Below, piece by piece: positions 37,796-45,488 of a stretch of 46,724 bases of DNA. A program made the position numbers and the translations under genes. Position 1 is the first letter of the stretch; each line of letters opens with the position of its first letter. The notes below the pieces were generated by a model, which saw nothing but the letters and a program-made list of their open reading frames with translations, searched no databases and was not told where the DNA came from. Location of the stretch: IMG/VR virus record IMGVR_UViG_2579778634_000020; one strand, 5' to 3'. The DNA comes from a virus (Duplodnaviria > Heunggongvirae > Uroviricota > Caudoviricetes).

Positions 37796-37808
37796 CGATT
37801 AATTTCAA

Positions 37809-38231
37809 TCAATGCACTACGACAGAATCGCTAGGAGAACCGCCGCCGCTGAAATGTGCTTTACGGTAAACGGCCTGGACTGCATCATCATGCGCATCAA
37901 TTGCCGTACTCAGTGCATCCTGTGCCGCCAGTAATGCACGGCGTTCCAGGGTATCGAAGATGCAGAGTCGGTGACGCAGCTCGCGAGGAAGAATTGCCAG
38001 AACCGCAGGGATCAGTTTCTGAATTTTTTCCCTTTGCGCATTCGTTTCACCTTTCAACCAACGATGATAGATATTCTGCTGATTGTTCCAGTCCTTGCCT
38101 GGTACCAGGGGCAATTCGCCGCCCCCCTGGCGCAGATATTCTTCAGTAATTGCGTTAGCGACCCACGCCTGCCCTTTTTCGGCTGCCAGGGCTAACAACA
38201 CTGATTCGATGTGCTCATGCTTGATTTTCAT
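37809..38231 (-). CDS. ydaT: YdaT (CII-like regulator of Rac-type phages)
   Basis: MKIKHEHIESVL.ALAAEKGQAWVANAITEEYLRQGGGELPLVPGKDWN.. matches the remembered K-12 YdaT. 140 aa. Confidence 0.9.
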   Translation of the reverse strand: MKIKHEHIESVLLALAAEKGQAWVANAITEEYLRQGGGELPLVPGKDWNNQQNIYHRWLKGETNAQREKIQKLIPAVLAILPRELRHRLCIFDTLERRALLAAQDALSTAIDAHDDAVQAVYRKAHFSGGGSPSDSVVVH

Positions 38232-38482
38232 GAATCAACTCCCATCAGCTTTTTCGTAGTAGTTTTATTTCTGCCAATAGTTAAAATTGCATCGGCAGAA
38301 AATAATCCGTTTGATGCATGAGCGATTTTTTCAGCGTAATTTGTTTCGCCGGTATATTCTGTGCGAGGCAATTTTCCGTTATCCATCCATTTGTAGATTG
38401 CTCTTTGGCTGACACCACAAACGTCGGCCACAACAGAAACGCGAACAGTTTTGATTACATCTTCAAGTGTTTTCTGGTTCAT
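38228..38482 (-). CDS. Cro-like HTH regulator
   Basis: 84 aa from MNQKTLEDVIKTVRVSVVADVCGVSQRAIYKWM.. with SD GAGGG. Divergent from the repressor gene. Confidence 0.75.
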   Translation of the reverse strand: MNQKTLEDVIKTVRVSVVADVCGVSQRAIYKWMDNGKLPRTEYTGETNYAEKIAHASNGLFSADAILTIGRNKTTTKKLMGVDS

Positions 38483-38561
38483 ATCACCCTCACAATGTGA
38501 ACTTTGAGTACATGCTATAACAGAACTGACAGTACATTCAAGAGCGAATATCATTGAACTT
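38483..38561. promoter_or_regulatory. OR-like switch region with divergent promoters and AGTACAT operator motifs
   Basis: AGTACAT at 38507-38513 and 38531-38537. Minus-strand promoter: TTGAAT (38536-38541), 16-nt spacer, TATAGC (38514-38519). Plus-strand promoter: CTGACA (38526-38531), 17-nt spacer, TATCAT (38549-38554), with 7 nt to the ATG at 38562. Confidence 0.55.
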
Positions 38562-38981
38562 ATGGTTCATGAAGATAAAGCGCGTAAAGAGTTCGCCAGT
38601 AGGCTTGCGCTAGCCTGTGAAAACGCTGGTTATGAACAACATGGAAGGCAGGCAGAAATTGCCCGTCGAATGAAATTAACACCAAAAGCGGTTAGCAAAT
38701 GGTTTAATGGTGAAACAATTCCTCGCCGAGAGAAATTAAGGGAATTAGCAACACTCATTGGAACAACACCAACCTATCTTTTGGGAGAGGATACAGAAGA
38801 AAGTGGACAGATACGTTTCTATCAGGAGTTAAATCCAAGACAAAAAATCATCATTGACCTTCTGGACGAGCTCCCTGACAGTGAGACAGATGAACTTTTA
38901 AAAACTCTTGAGGAGAAAAAACAGAAGTACAATGCAATTTACGAAGAGTTAGCACGAAAGAAAAAACAAAAAGCCTCTTAA
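38562..38981 (+). CDS. Prophage repressor (XRE-family HTH, CI analogue)
   Basis: HTH ..GRQAEIARRMKLTPKAVSKWFNGETIP... Divergent from the cro-like gene. No SD upstream. Confidence 0.8.
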   Translation: MVHEDKARKEFASRLALACENAGYEQHGRQAEIARRMKLTPKAVSKWFNGETIPRREKLRELATLIGTTPTYLLGEDTEESGQIRFYQELNPRQKIIIDLLDELPDSETDELLKTLEEKKQKYNAIYEELARKKKQKAS

Positions 38982-39056
38982 ACCAGCATAAATCCGGTAG
39001 CGTCCCCCTCCGGGTTTGTGCTTCACTTTATCCCGTCTCATTTTTTTATACATAAA

Positions 39057-39101
39057 ATGTACTTAAAGTACTTTACAATGATGAACACAAAGTACATTAT
39101 A
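39057..39101 (+). promoter_or_regulatory. OL/pL-like region: a 17-bp near-palindrome and a further AGTACAT motif bracketing a promoter
   Basis: ATGTACTTAAAGTACTT (39057-39073) and AGTACAT (39091-39097). Promoter elements: TTTACA (39072-77), 17-18 nt spacer, CATTAT/ATTATA (39095-39101). Confidence 0.5.
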
Positions 39102-39268
39102 TACCTACCAACCCACCCCGCCCCACAGAACGCCGGGCAATACTTCGAGTTACCAGGCAGTGGTCAGGGGTTAAGTAGCCAGCCCGAGGCGTATGAACAT
39201 GACGGCGGGATTCAAATTTTGCAGTGCAGCAGTTAGTTCCGCCACCCGGCGTTAAGGGGATAGATAAG

Positions 39269-39403
39269 ATGGTGCATTACGAAGTAGTTCAGTATTTGAT
39301 GGATTGTTGCGGTATCACTTACAACCAGGCTGTGCAGGCTTTACGCAGCAACGACTGGGATCTCTGGCAGGCAGAAGTCGCTATACGTAGCAACAAGATG
39401 TGA
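39269..39403 (+). CDS. ydaG: YdaG, 44 aa
   Basis: MVHYEVVQYLMDCCGITYNQAVQALRSNDWDLWQAEVAIRSNKM*. Same position as in K-12 Rac, between the repressor and sieB. Confidence 0.75.
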   Translation: MVHYEVVQYLMDCCGITYNQAVQALRSNDWDLWQAEVAIRSNKM

Positions 39404-39413
39404 GATTCGCAAA

Positions 39414-39569
39414 ATGCAAAAAATCGACCTCGGCAACAACGAATCCCTGGTGTGCGGCGTGTTCCCCAACCAGGATGGAACGTTCACTGCCATGACGTAT
39501 ACCAAAAGCAAAACATTTAAAACCGAAACTGGTGCGCGCCGATGGTTGGAGAAGCACACAGTAAGCTAA
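39414..39569 (+). CDS. ydaF: YdaF, 51 aa
   Basis: MQKIDLGNNESLVCGVFPNQDGTFTAMTYTKSKTFKTETGARRWLEKHTVS*. Its end overlaps the sieB stop by 4 nt. Confidence 0.75.
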   Translation: MQKIDLGNNESLVCGVFPNQDGTFTAMTYTKSKTFKTETGARRWLEKHTVS

Positions 39570-40054
39570 CGATTAAAACGTCTACTCCTGCTGTTCCAGA
39601 ATAACTTCATAAAATGGGAGTATTTTTCGGTGACGAGATAATAAGAACAGTTTGCGCTATCACTCTGATGTTGAATGATGCCCTTCCGTTCTAATTTTTT
39701 CATAACCGGGTTACGGCAAGGAGAAGTGATAATAAGATTTCCTGTTTTAAGGAAATCTTTAAATACAGCGATTTCTTTCTCAGATAAACGAAGCAATACT
39801 CGTTGCTCTGGTAGTAATGAATAATGCTTTTGAATATGTGCTCGCAATCTTGAGAAGGAAATGGCGACCACGAAAGAAAAGGCAAAAACGATAATCTGAA
39901 AGAGCCAAGGTATTTCAGTATAAGCATTGAATGCGACAGTAAACTCTTTCGGTATCAGCCAGAGAGTGAGACCAAAAATGATAATCGTATACATAAGTCT
40001 TTCGAGTGGCTCGTTAGCAAAAAGTTTCAACAATGGAGTAAATACATCCAACAT
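39566..40054 (-). CDS. sieB: Superinfection exclusion protein B
   Basis: 162 aa from MLDVFTPLLKLFANEPLE.LMYTIIIFGLTLWLIPKEF.. matches the remembered K-12 SieB. The ORF on the track extends 41 codons further upstream. Confidence 0.9.
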   Translation of the reverse strand: MLDVFTPLLKLFANEPLERLMYTIIIFGLTLWLIPKEFTVAFNAYTEIPWLFQIIVFAFSFVVAISFSRLRAHIQKHYSLLPEQRVLLRLSEKEIAVFKDFLKTGNLIITSPCRNPVMKKLERKGIIQHQSDSANCSYYLVTEKYSHFMKLFWNSRSRRFNR

Positions 40055-40272
40055 ATCAATAACTCTCAACTGTAAGGGTATTGAAATGTTAACACAAGCT
40101 CTCGCTGTAGGGGTATAGCCGAGACCACCGAAGCCCGGAGGTGGTGAAATAAAACCGGGCACAACACGAAGGCGCATTTCCGATATCCATAAAGAGTCGG
40201 TCTTGTCTGTTAAATTTAAATGGTGGGAGTGCGCCTCCGGTTGTAAATAACGACATTGCTGTGTGTAGTCCT

Positions 40273-40320
40273 GGCGGCATCAGTTTTTTTCTTGAAGTTC
40301 GGCTGATGTCCGCCCTTTTT
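40273..40320 (+). terminator. Intrinsic terminator in the early-left transcript upstream of kilR
   Basis: GGCGGCATCAG (40273-83) pairs with CTGATGTCCGCC (40303-14, one bulge), then CTTTTT. Confidence 0.6.
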
Positions 40321-40495
40321 AAAGTGAATTTTGTGATGCGGTGAATGCGGCTAAGCGCACGTGGCACAGTTAAAAGTCATGTTAGTCCTTATTGGTTTGG
40401 GTGGGAAAGCCGACTGTAATTGTTAACTGGTTGCAGTCACCTGGAGGCACCAGGCACCGCATCAACAAAGTTCATTTGTAAAAATGGAGATAATT

Positions 40496-40717
40496 ATGAT
40501 TGCACATCACTTCGGAACTGATGAAATACCACGTCAGTGTGTGACTCCTGGCGATTATGTTCTTCATGAAGGCCGGACATATATTGCCTCGGCAAACAAT
40601 ATTAAAAAGCGAAAACTATATATTCGTAACCTGACCACAAAAACATGCATTACTGACCGCATGATTAAAGTCTTCCTCGGTCGTGATGGTTTACCTGTAA
40701 AGGCGGAGTCATGGTGA
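40496..40717 (+). CDS. kilR: KilR, inhibitor of FtsZ/cell division
   Basis: [73 protein letters not shown] matches the remembered KilR. RBS GGAGA. Confidence 0.9.
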   Translation: MIAHHFGTDEIPRQCVTPGDYVLHEGRTYIASANNIKKRKLYIRNLTTKTCITDRMIKVFLGRDGLPVKAESW

Positions 40718-40887
40718 TGACTAAGAAAATAAAATGTGCTTACCACCTTTGCAAAAAAGACGTTGAAGAAAGCAAAGCTATTGAAAGAATGCTTCACTTC
40801 ATGCACGGGATTTTATCAAAAGACGAACCGAGAAAATATTGCAGTGAAGCTTGTGCCGAAAAAGACCAGATGGCACATGAACTTTAA
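40717..40887 (+). CDS. ydaE: YdaE, 56 aa Cys-containing protein
   Basis: [56 protein letters not shown]. The start overlaps the kilR stop. An alternative ATG lies at 40711. Confidence 0.75.
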   Translation: MTKKIKCAYHLCKKDVEESKAIERMLHFMHGILSKDEPRKYCSEACAEKDQMAHEL

Positions 40888-40961
40888 TTAATTGACTATT
40901 CGAAACTGAATTTATGCCAGAAATGGCAGGTATTCGCTCAACCTTAATTAAGGAGAAAAAC

Positions 40962-41237
40962 ATGATTACCAATTATGAAGCCACTGTTGTAACTACCGAT
41001 GACATTGTTCACGAGGTGAATCTGGAAGGAAAGCGCATTGGCTACGTAATTAAAACAGAAAATAAAGAAACCCCATTCACTGTGGTTGATATCGATGGTC
41101 CATCAGGCAACGTAAAAACACTTGATGAAGGTGTCAAAAAAATGTGCCTGGTGCATATCGGAAAGAATCTGCCCACAGAAAAAAAAGCCGAATTTCTGGC
41201 AACTCTAATTGCAATGAAATTAAAAGGTGAAATCTGA
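40962..41237 (+). CDS. racC: RacC
   Basis: MITNYEATVVTTDDIVHEVNLEGKRIGYVIKTENKETPFTVVDIDG.. matches the remembered RacC. RBS AAGGAG. Confidence 0.9.
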   Translation: MITNYEATVVTTDDIVHEVNLEGKRIGYVIKTENKETPFTVVDIDGPSGNVKTLDEGVKKMCLVHIGKNLPTEKKAEFLATLIAMKLKGEI

Positions 41238-41242
41238 AAGAA

Positions 41243-41267
41243 ATAGCCTGCGTATGGCGCAGGCTAT
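41243..41267. other. Perfect 10-bp stem-loop between racC and recE
   Basis: ATAGCCTGCG (41243-52) pairs with CGCAGGCTAT (41258-67). No plus-strand U-tract. TTTCTTTC follows on the minus strand. Confidence 0.6.
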
Positions 41268-41338
41268 GAACAGTGTGTATCCGGCAAGATCATTCACTGA
41301 ACAAAACGAATTTTAATCTGAGTTGAGGTTAAAAAACA

Positions 41339-43939
41339 ATGAGCACAAAACCACTCTTCCTGTTACGGAAAGCGAAAAAATCATCCGGTGAACCTGACGT
41401 CGTCCTGTGGGCAAGCAACGATTTTGAATCGACCTGTGCCACTCTGGACTACCTGATCGTTAAGTCAGGTAAAAAACTGAGCAGCTATTTTAAAGCTGTT
41501 GCCACGAATTTTCCTGTCGTTAATGACCTGCCCGCTGAAGGTGAGATCGATTTTACCTGGAGTGAACGCTATCAACTCAGCAAAGACTCCATGACATGGG
41601 AACTAAAACCGGGAGCAGCACCAGACAACGCTCACTATCAAGGCAATACCAACGTCAACGGCGAAGACATGACTGAGATTGAGGAGAATATGCTACTCCC
41701 AATTTCTGGCCAGGAACTGCCCATTCGTTGGCTTGCTCAACACGGCAGCGAAAAACCGGTAACGCACGTTTCACGCGACGGACTCCAGGCATTACACATT
41801 GCTCGGGCTGAAGAACTACCGGCTGTTACTGCCCTGGCTGTTTCCCACAAAACCAGCCTGCTCGACCCGCTGGAAATTCGCGAACTCCACAAACTGGTTC
41901 GTGACACTGACAAAGTTTTCCCTAATCCTGGTAATTCAAACCTGGGACTGATAACTGCTTTTTTCGAAGCATACCTGAACGCTGACTACACCGATCGAGG
42001 ACTGCTGACAAAAGAGTGGATGAAGGGTAATCGTGTTTCACACATCACTCGCACGGCTTCCGGTGCTAATGCTGGCGGCGGAAACCTCACCGATCGCGGC
42101 GAAGGTTTCGTACACGATCTGACGTCACTGGCGCGCGACGTAGCCACTGGCGTACTGGCCCGTTCAATGGATCTGGACATCTATAACCTTCATCCGGCAC
42201 ACGCTAAACGCATTGAGGAAATTATCGCTGAAAATAAACCGCCCTTTTCTGTTTTCCGCGACAAATTCATCACCATGCCTGGCGGGCTGGATTATTCCCG
42301 CGCCATCGTGGTTGCGTCCGTAAAAGAAGCACCAATTGGGATCGAGGTCATCCCCGCGCACGTCACTGAATATCTGAACAAAGTACTGACTGAAACCGAT
42401 CATGCCAACCCTGATCCGGAAATCGTGGATATTGCCTGCGGTCGCTCCTCTGCCCCGATGCCGCAGCGAGTAACAGAAGAAGGAAAACAGGATGATGAAG
42501 AAAAACCGCAACCATCTGGAACAACGGCAGTTGAACAGGGAGAGGCTGAAACAATGGAACCGGACGCAACTGAACATCATCAGGACACGCAGCCGCTGGA
42601 TGCTCAGTCACAGGTAAATTCTGTTGATGCGAAATATCAGGAACTGCGGGCAGAACTCCATGAAGCCCGGAAAAACATTCCATCAAAAAATCCTGTCGAT
42701 GCCGATAAATTGCTTGCTGCATCACGTGGTGAATTTGTTGACGGAATTAGCGACCCGAACGATCCGAAATGGGTAAAGGGGATCCAGACTCGCGATTGTG
42801 TGTACCAGAACCAGCCAGAAACGGAAAAAACCAGCCCGGATATGAATCAACCTGAGCCAGTAGTGCAACAGGAACCGGAAATAGCCTGCAATGCCTGCGG
42901 CCAGACTGGCGGGGATAACTGCCCTGACTGTGGTGCGGTGATGGGCGACGCAACATACCAGGAAACATTCGATGAAGAGAGTCAGGTTGAAGCTAAGGAA
43001 AATGATCCGGAGGAAATGGAAGGCGCTGAACATCCGCACAATGAGAATGCTGGCAGCGATCCGCATCGCGATTGCAGTGATGAAACTGGCGAAGTCGCAG
43101 ATCCCGTAATCGTAGAAGACATAGAGCCAGGTATTTATTACGGAATTTCGAATGAGAATTACCACGCGGGTCCCGGTGTCAGTAAGTCTCAGCTCGATGA
43201 CATTGCTGATACTCCGGCACTGTATTTGTGGCGTAAAAATGCCCCCGTGGACACCACAAAGACAAAAACGCTCGATTTAGGAACCGCTTTCCACTGCCGG
43301 GTACTTGAGCCGGAAGAATTCAGTAACCGCTTTATCGTAGCACCTGAATTTAACCGCCGGACAAACTCCGGAAAAGAAGAAGAGAAAGCGTTTCTGAGGG
43401 AATGCGCAAGCACAGGAAAAACGGTTATCACTGCCGAAGAAGGCCGGAAAATTGAACTCATGTATCAGAGCGTTATGGCTTTGCCGCTGGGGCAATGGCT
43501 TGTTAAAAGCGCCGGACACGCTGAATCATCAATTTACTGGGAAGATCCTGAAACAGCAATTTTGTGTCGGTGCCGTCCGGACAAAATTATCCCTGAATTT
43601 CACTGGATCATGGACGTGAAAACTACGGCGGATATTCAACGATTCAAAACCGCTTATTACGACTACCGCTATCACGTTCAGGATGCATTCTACAGTGACG
43701 GTTATGAAGCACAGTTTGGAGTGCAGCCAACTTTCGTTTTTCTGGTTGCCAGCACAACTATTGAATGCGGACGTTATCCGGTTGAAATTTTCATGATGGG
43801 CGAAGAAGCAAAACTGGCAGGTCAGCTGGAATATCACCGCAATCTGCGAACCCTGGCTGACTGCCTCAATACCGATGAATGGCCAGCTATTAAGACGTTA
43901 TCAGTGCCCCGCTGGGCTAAGGAATATGCAAATGACTAA
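41339..43939 (+). CDS. recE: Exodeoxyribonuclease VIII (RecE), full length
   Basis: 866 aa. The C-terminal nuclease region and overall sequence match the remembered RecE. Confidence 0.95.
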   Translation: MSTKPLFLLRKAKKSSGEPDVVLWASNDFESTCATLDYLIVKSGKKLSSYFKAVATNFPVVNDLPAEGEIDFTWSERYQLSKDSMTWELKPGAAPDNAHYQGNTNVNGEDMTEIEENMLLPISGQELPIRWLAQHGSEKPVTHVSRDGLQALHIARAEELPAVTALAVSHKTSLLDPLEIRELHKLVRDTDKVFPNPGNSNLGLITAFFEAYLNADYTDRGLLTKEWMKGNRVSHITRTASGANAGGGNLTDRGEGFVHDLTSLARDVATGVLARSMDLDIYNLHPAHAKRIEEIIAENKPPFSVFRDKFITMPGGLDYSRAIVVASVKEAPIGIEVIPAHVTEYLNKVLTETDHANPDPEIVDIACGRSSAPMPQRVTEEGKQDDEEKPQPSGTTAVEQGEAETMEPDATEHHQDTQPLDAQSQVNSVDAKYQELRAELHEARKNIPSKNPVDADKLLAASRGEFVDGISDPNDPKWVKGIQTRDCVYQNQPETEKTSPDMNQPEPVVQQEPEIACNACGQTGGDNCPDCGAVMGDATYQETFDEESQVEAKENDPEEMEGAEHPHNENAGSDPHRDCSDETGEVADPVIVEDIEPGIYYGISNENYHAGPGVSKSQLDDIADTPALYLWRKNAPVDTTKTKTLDLGTAFHCRVLEPEEFSNRFIVAPEFNRRTNSGKEEEKAFLRECASTGKTVITAEEGRKIELMYQSVMALPLGQWLVKSAGHAESSIYWEDPETAILCRCRPDKIIPEFHWIMDVKTTADIQRFKTAYYDYRYHVQDAFYSDGYEAQFGVQPTFVFLVASTTIECGRYPVEIFMMGEEAKLAGQLEYHRNLRTLADCLNTDEWPAIKTLSVPRWAKEYAND

Positions 43940-44741
43940 GCAACCACCAATCGCAAAAGCCGATCTGCAAAAAACTCAGGGAAACCGTGCACCAGCAGCA
44001 ATTAAAAATAACGACGTGATTAGTTTTATTAACCAGCCATCAATGAAAGAGCAACTGGCAGCAGCTCTTCCACGCCATATGACGGCTGAACGTATGATCC
44101 GTATCGCCACCACAGAAATTCGTAAAGTTCCGGCGTTAGGAAACTGTGACACTATGAGTTTTGTCAGTGCAATCGTACAGTGTTCACAGCTCGGACTTGA
44201 GCCCGGTAGCGCCCTCGGTCATGCATATTTACTGCCTTTTGGTAATAAAAACGAAAAGAGCGGTAAAAAAAACGTTCAGCTAATCATTGGCTATCGCGGC
44301 ATGATTGATCTGGCTCGCCGTTCAGGTCAAATCGCCAGCTTGTCAGCCCGTGTTGTCCGTGAAGGTGACGAGTTTAATTTCGAATTTGGCCTTGATGAAA
44401 AGTTAATACACCGCCCAGGAGAAAACGAAGATGCCCCTGTTACCCACGTCTATGCTGTCGCAAGACTGAAAGACGGAGGTACTCAGTTTGAAGTTATGAC
44501 GCGCAAACAGATTGAGCTGGTGCGCAGCCAGAGTAAAGCTGGTAATAACGGGCCGTGGGTAACTCACTGGGAAGAAATGGCAAAGAAAACGGCTATTCGT
44601 CGCCTGTTCAAATATCTGCCCGTATCAATTGAGATCCAGCGTGCAGTATCAATGGATGAAAAGGAACCACTGACAATCGATCCTGCAGATTCCTCTGTAT
44701 TAACCGGGGAATACAGTGTAATCGATAATTCAGAGGAATAA
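43932..44741 (+). CDS. recT: RecT single-strand annealing protein
   Basis: [23 protein letters not shown].. gives 269 aa. The start overlaps the recE stop by 8 nt. Confidence 0.95.
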   Translation: MTKQPPIAKADLQKTQGNRAPAAIKNNDVISFINQPSMKEQLAAALPRHMTAERMIRIATTEIRKVPALGNCDTMSFVSAIVQCSQLGLEPGSALGHAYLLPFGNKNEKSGKKNVQLIIGYRGMIDLARRSGQIASLSARVVREGDEFNFEFGLDEKLIHRPGENEDAPVTHVYAVARLKDGGTQFEVMTRKQIELVRSQSKAGNNGPWVTHWEEMAKKTAIRRLFKYLPVSIEIQRAVSMDEKEPLTIDPADSSVLTGEYSVIDNSEE

Positions 44742-44796
44742 TTCAGCCTGGCGGTGTAATGCACCGCCAACTTGAAATATTTTTATGAGAAAAATT

Positions 44797-44991
44797 ATGA
44801 GATATGACAATGTTAAACCATGTCCATTTTGTGGTTGTCCATCAGTAACGGTGAAAGACATTTCAGGATATTACCGGGCAAAATGCAACGGATGCGAATC
44901 CCGAACTGGCTATGGTGGAAGTGAAAAAGAAGCGCTCGAAAGATGGAATAAACGAACCACTGAAAATATTAATGGAGGCGTTCATGTATAA
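44797..44991 (+). CDS. ralR: RalR/Lar: restriction-alleviation protein and type I toxin (DNase)
   Basis: MRYDNVKPCPFCGCPSVTVK.ISGYYRAKCNGCESRTGYGGSEKEALERWNKRTT.. matches the remembered 64-aa RalR. Confidence 0.9.
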   Translation: MRYDNVKPCPFCGCPSVTVKDISGYYRAKCNGCESRTGYGGSEKEALERWNKRTTENINGGVHV

Positions 44992-45172
44992 AATTACCGC
45001 TACAATTGAAAAGGAAGGTGGCACTCCTACTAACTGGACAAGATATTCAAAATCTAAACTAACGAAATCAGAATGCGAAAAAATGCTCTCAGGTAAAAAA
45101 GAAGCAGGCGTTTCCAGAGAGCAGAAAGTAAAACTGATAAATTTTAATTGCGAGAAACTTCAGTCCTCGTGA
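44984..45172 (+). CDS. YdaC-position small protein, 62 aa
   Basis: GGAGG RBS. The ATG overlaps the ralR stop. Starts MYKITATIEKEGGTPTNWTRYSK... Confidence 0.65.
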   Translation: MYKITATIEKEGGTPTNWTRYSKSKLTKSECEKMLSGKKEAGVSREQKVKLINFNCEKLQSS

Positions 45173-45204
45173 ATTGCATTGTATTCAAATTAAAACTTCA
45201 TAGC

Positions 45205-45220
45205 TGATTATTAATAATCA
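45205..45220. repeat. 16-bp perfect palindrome TGATTATTAATAATCA upstream of xis
   Basis: Read directly from the sequence. Confidence 0.85.
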
Positions 45221-45271
45221 ACATCAGGCGTCAATTTCAGTCTAACATTGGCGCCTGCCAGAGGTGATGCG

Positions 45272-45487
45272 ATGGCACAAGTAATCTTTAATGAAGAGTG
45301 GATGGTTGAATACGGCCTGATGCTTCGCACTGGTCTGGGGGCCAGACAAATTGAAGCATACCGCCAGAACTGTTGGGTGGAGGGCTTCCACTTCAAACGA
45401 GTATCTCCTTTAGGTAAGCCAGACAGCAAACGAGGGATTATCTGGTACAACTATCCAAAGATAAATCAGTTTATCAAAGACTCATGA
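45272..45487 (+). CDS. xisR: Excisionase XisR
   Basis: [46 protein letters not shown].. matches the remembered 71-aa XisR (YdaQ). Confidence 0.9.
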   Translation: MAQVIFNEEWMVEYGLMLRTGLGARQIEAYRQNCWVEGFHFKRVSPLGKPDSKRGIIWYNYPKINQFIKDS

Positions 45488-45488
45488 T

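Noticed and set aside
38541-38548. boxA-like CGCTCTTG on the minus strand in the OR region (possible nut site)
   Set aside because: It lies upstream of the predicted -35 of the rightward promoter, so it would not be transcribed. No adjacent boxB hairpin is present.
39018-39236. 72-aa plus-strand ORF after the repressor gene
   Set aside because: It starts inside the operator/promoter region and has no SD. It covers the predicted 5' UTR of the early-left operon. The sequence is not protein-like.
40089-40367. 92-aa minus-strand ORF upstream of sieB, and the 41-codon N-terminal extension of the sieB ORF
   Set aside because: It has no RBS and overlaps the plus-strand terminator hairpin. SieB matches the 162-aa form starting at 40054.
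42164-43837. Chain of minus-strand ORFs (42164-42580, 42363-42725, 42722-43165, 43189-43461, 43529-43837) opposite recE
   Set aside because: They are antisense shadows within a well-supported 866-aa recE. No translation signals are present.
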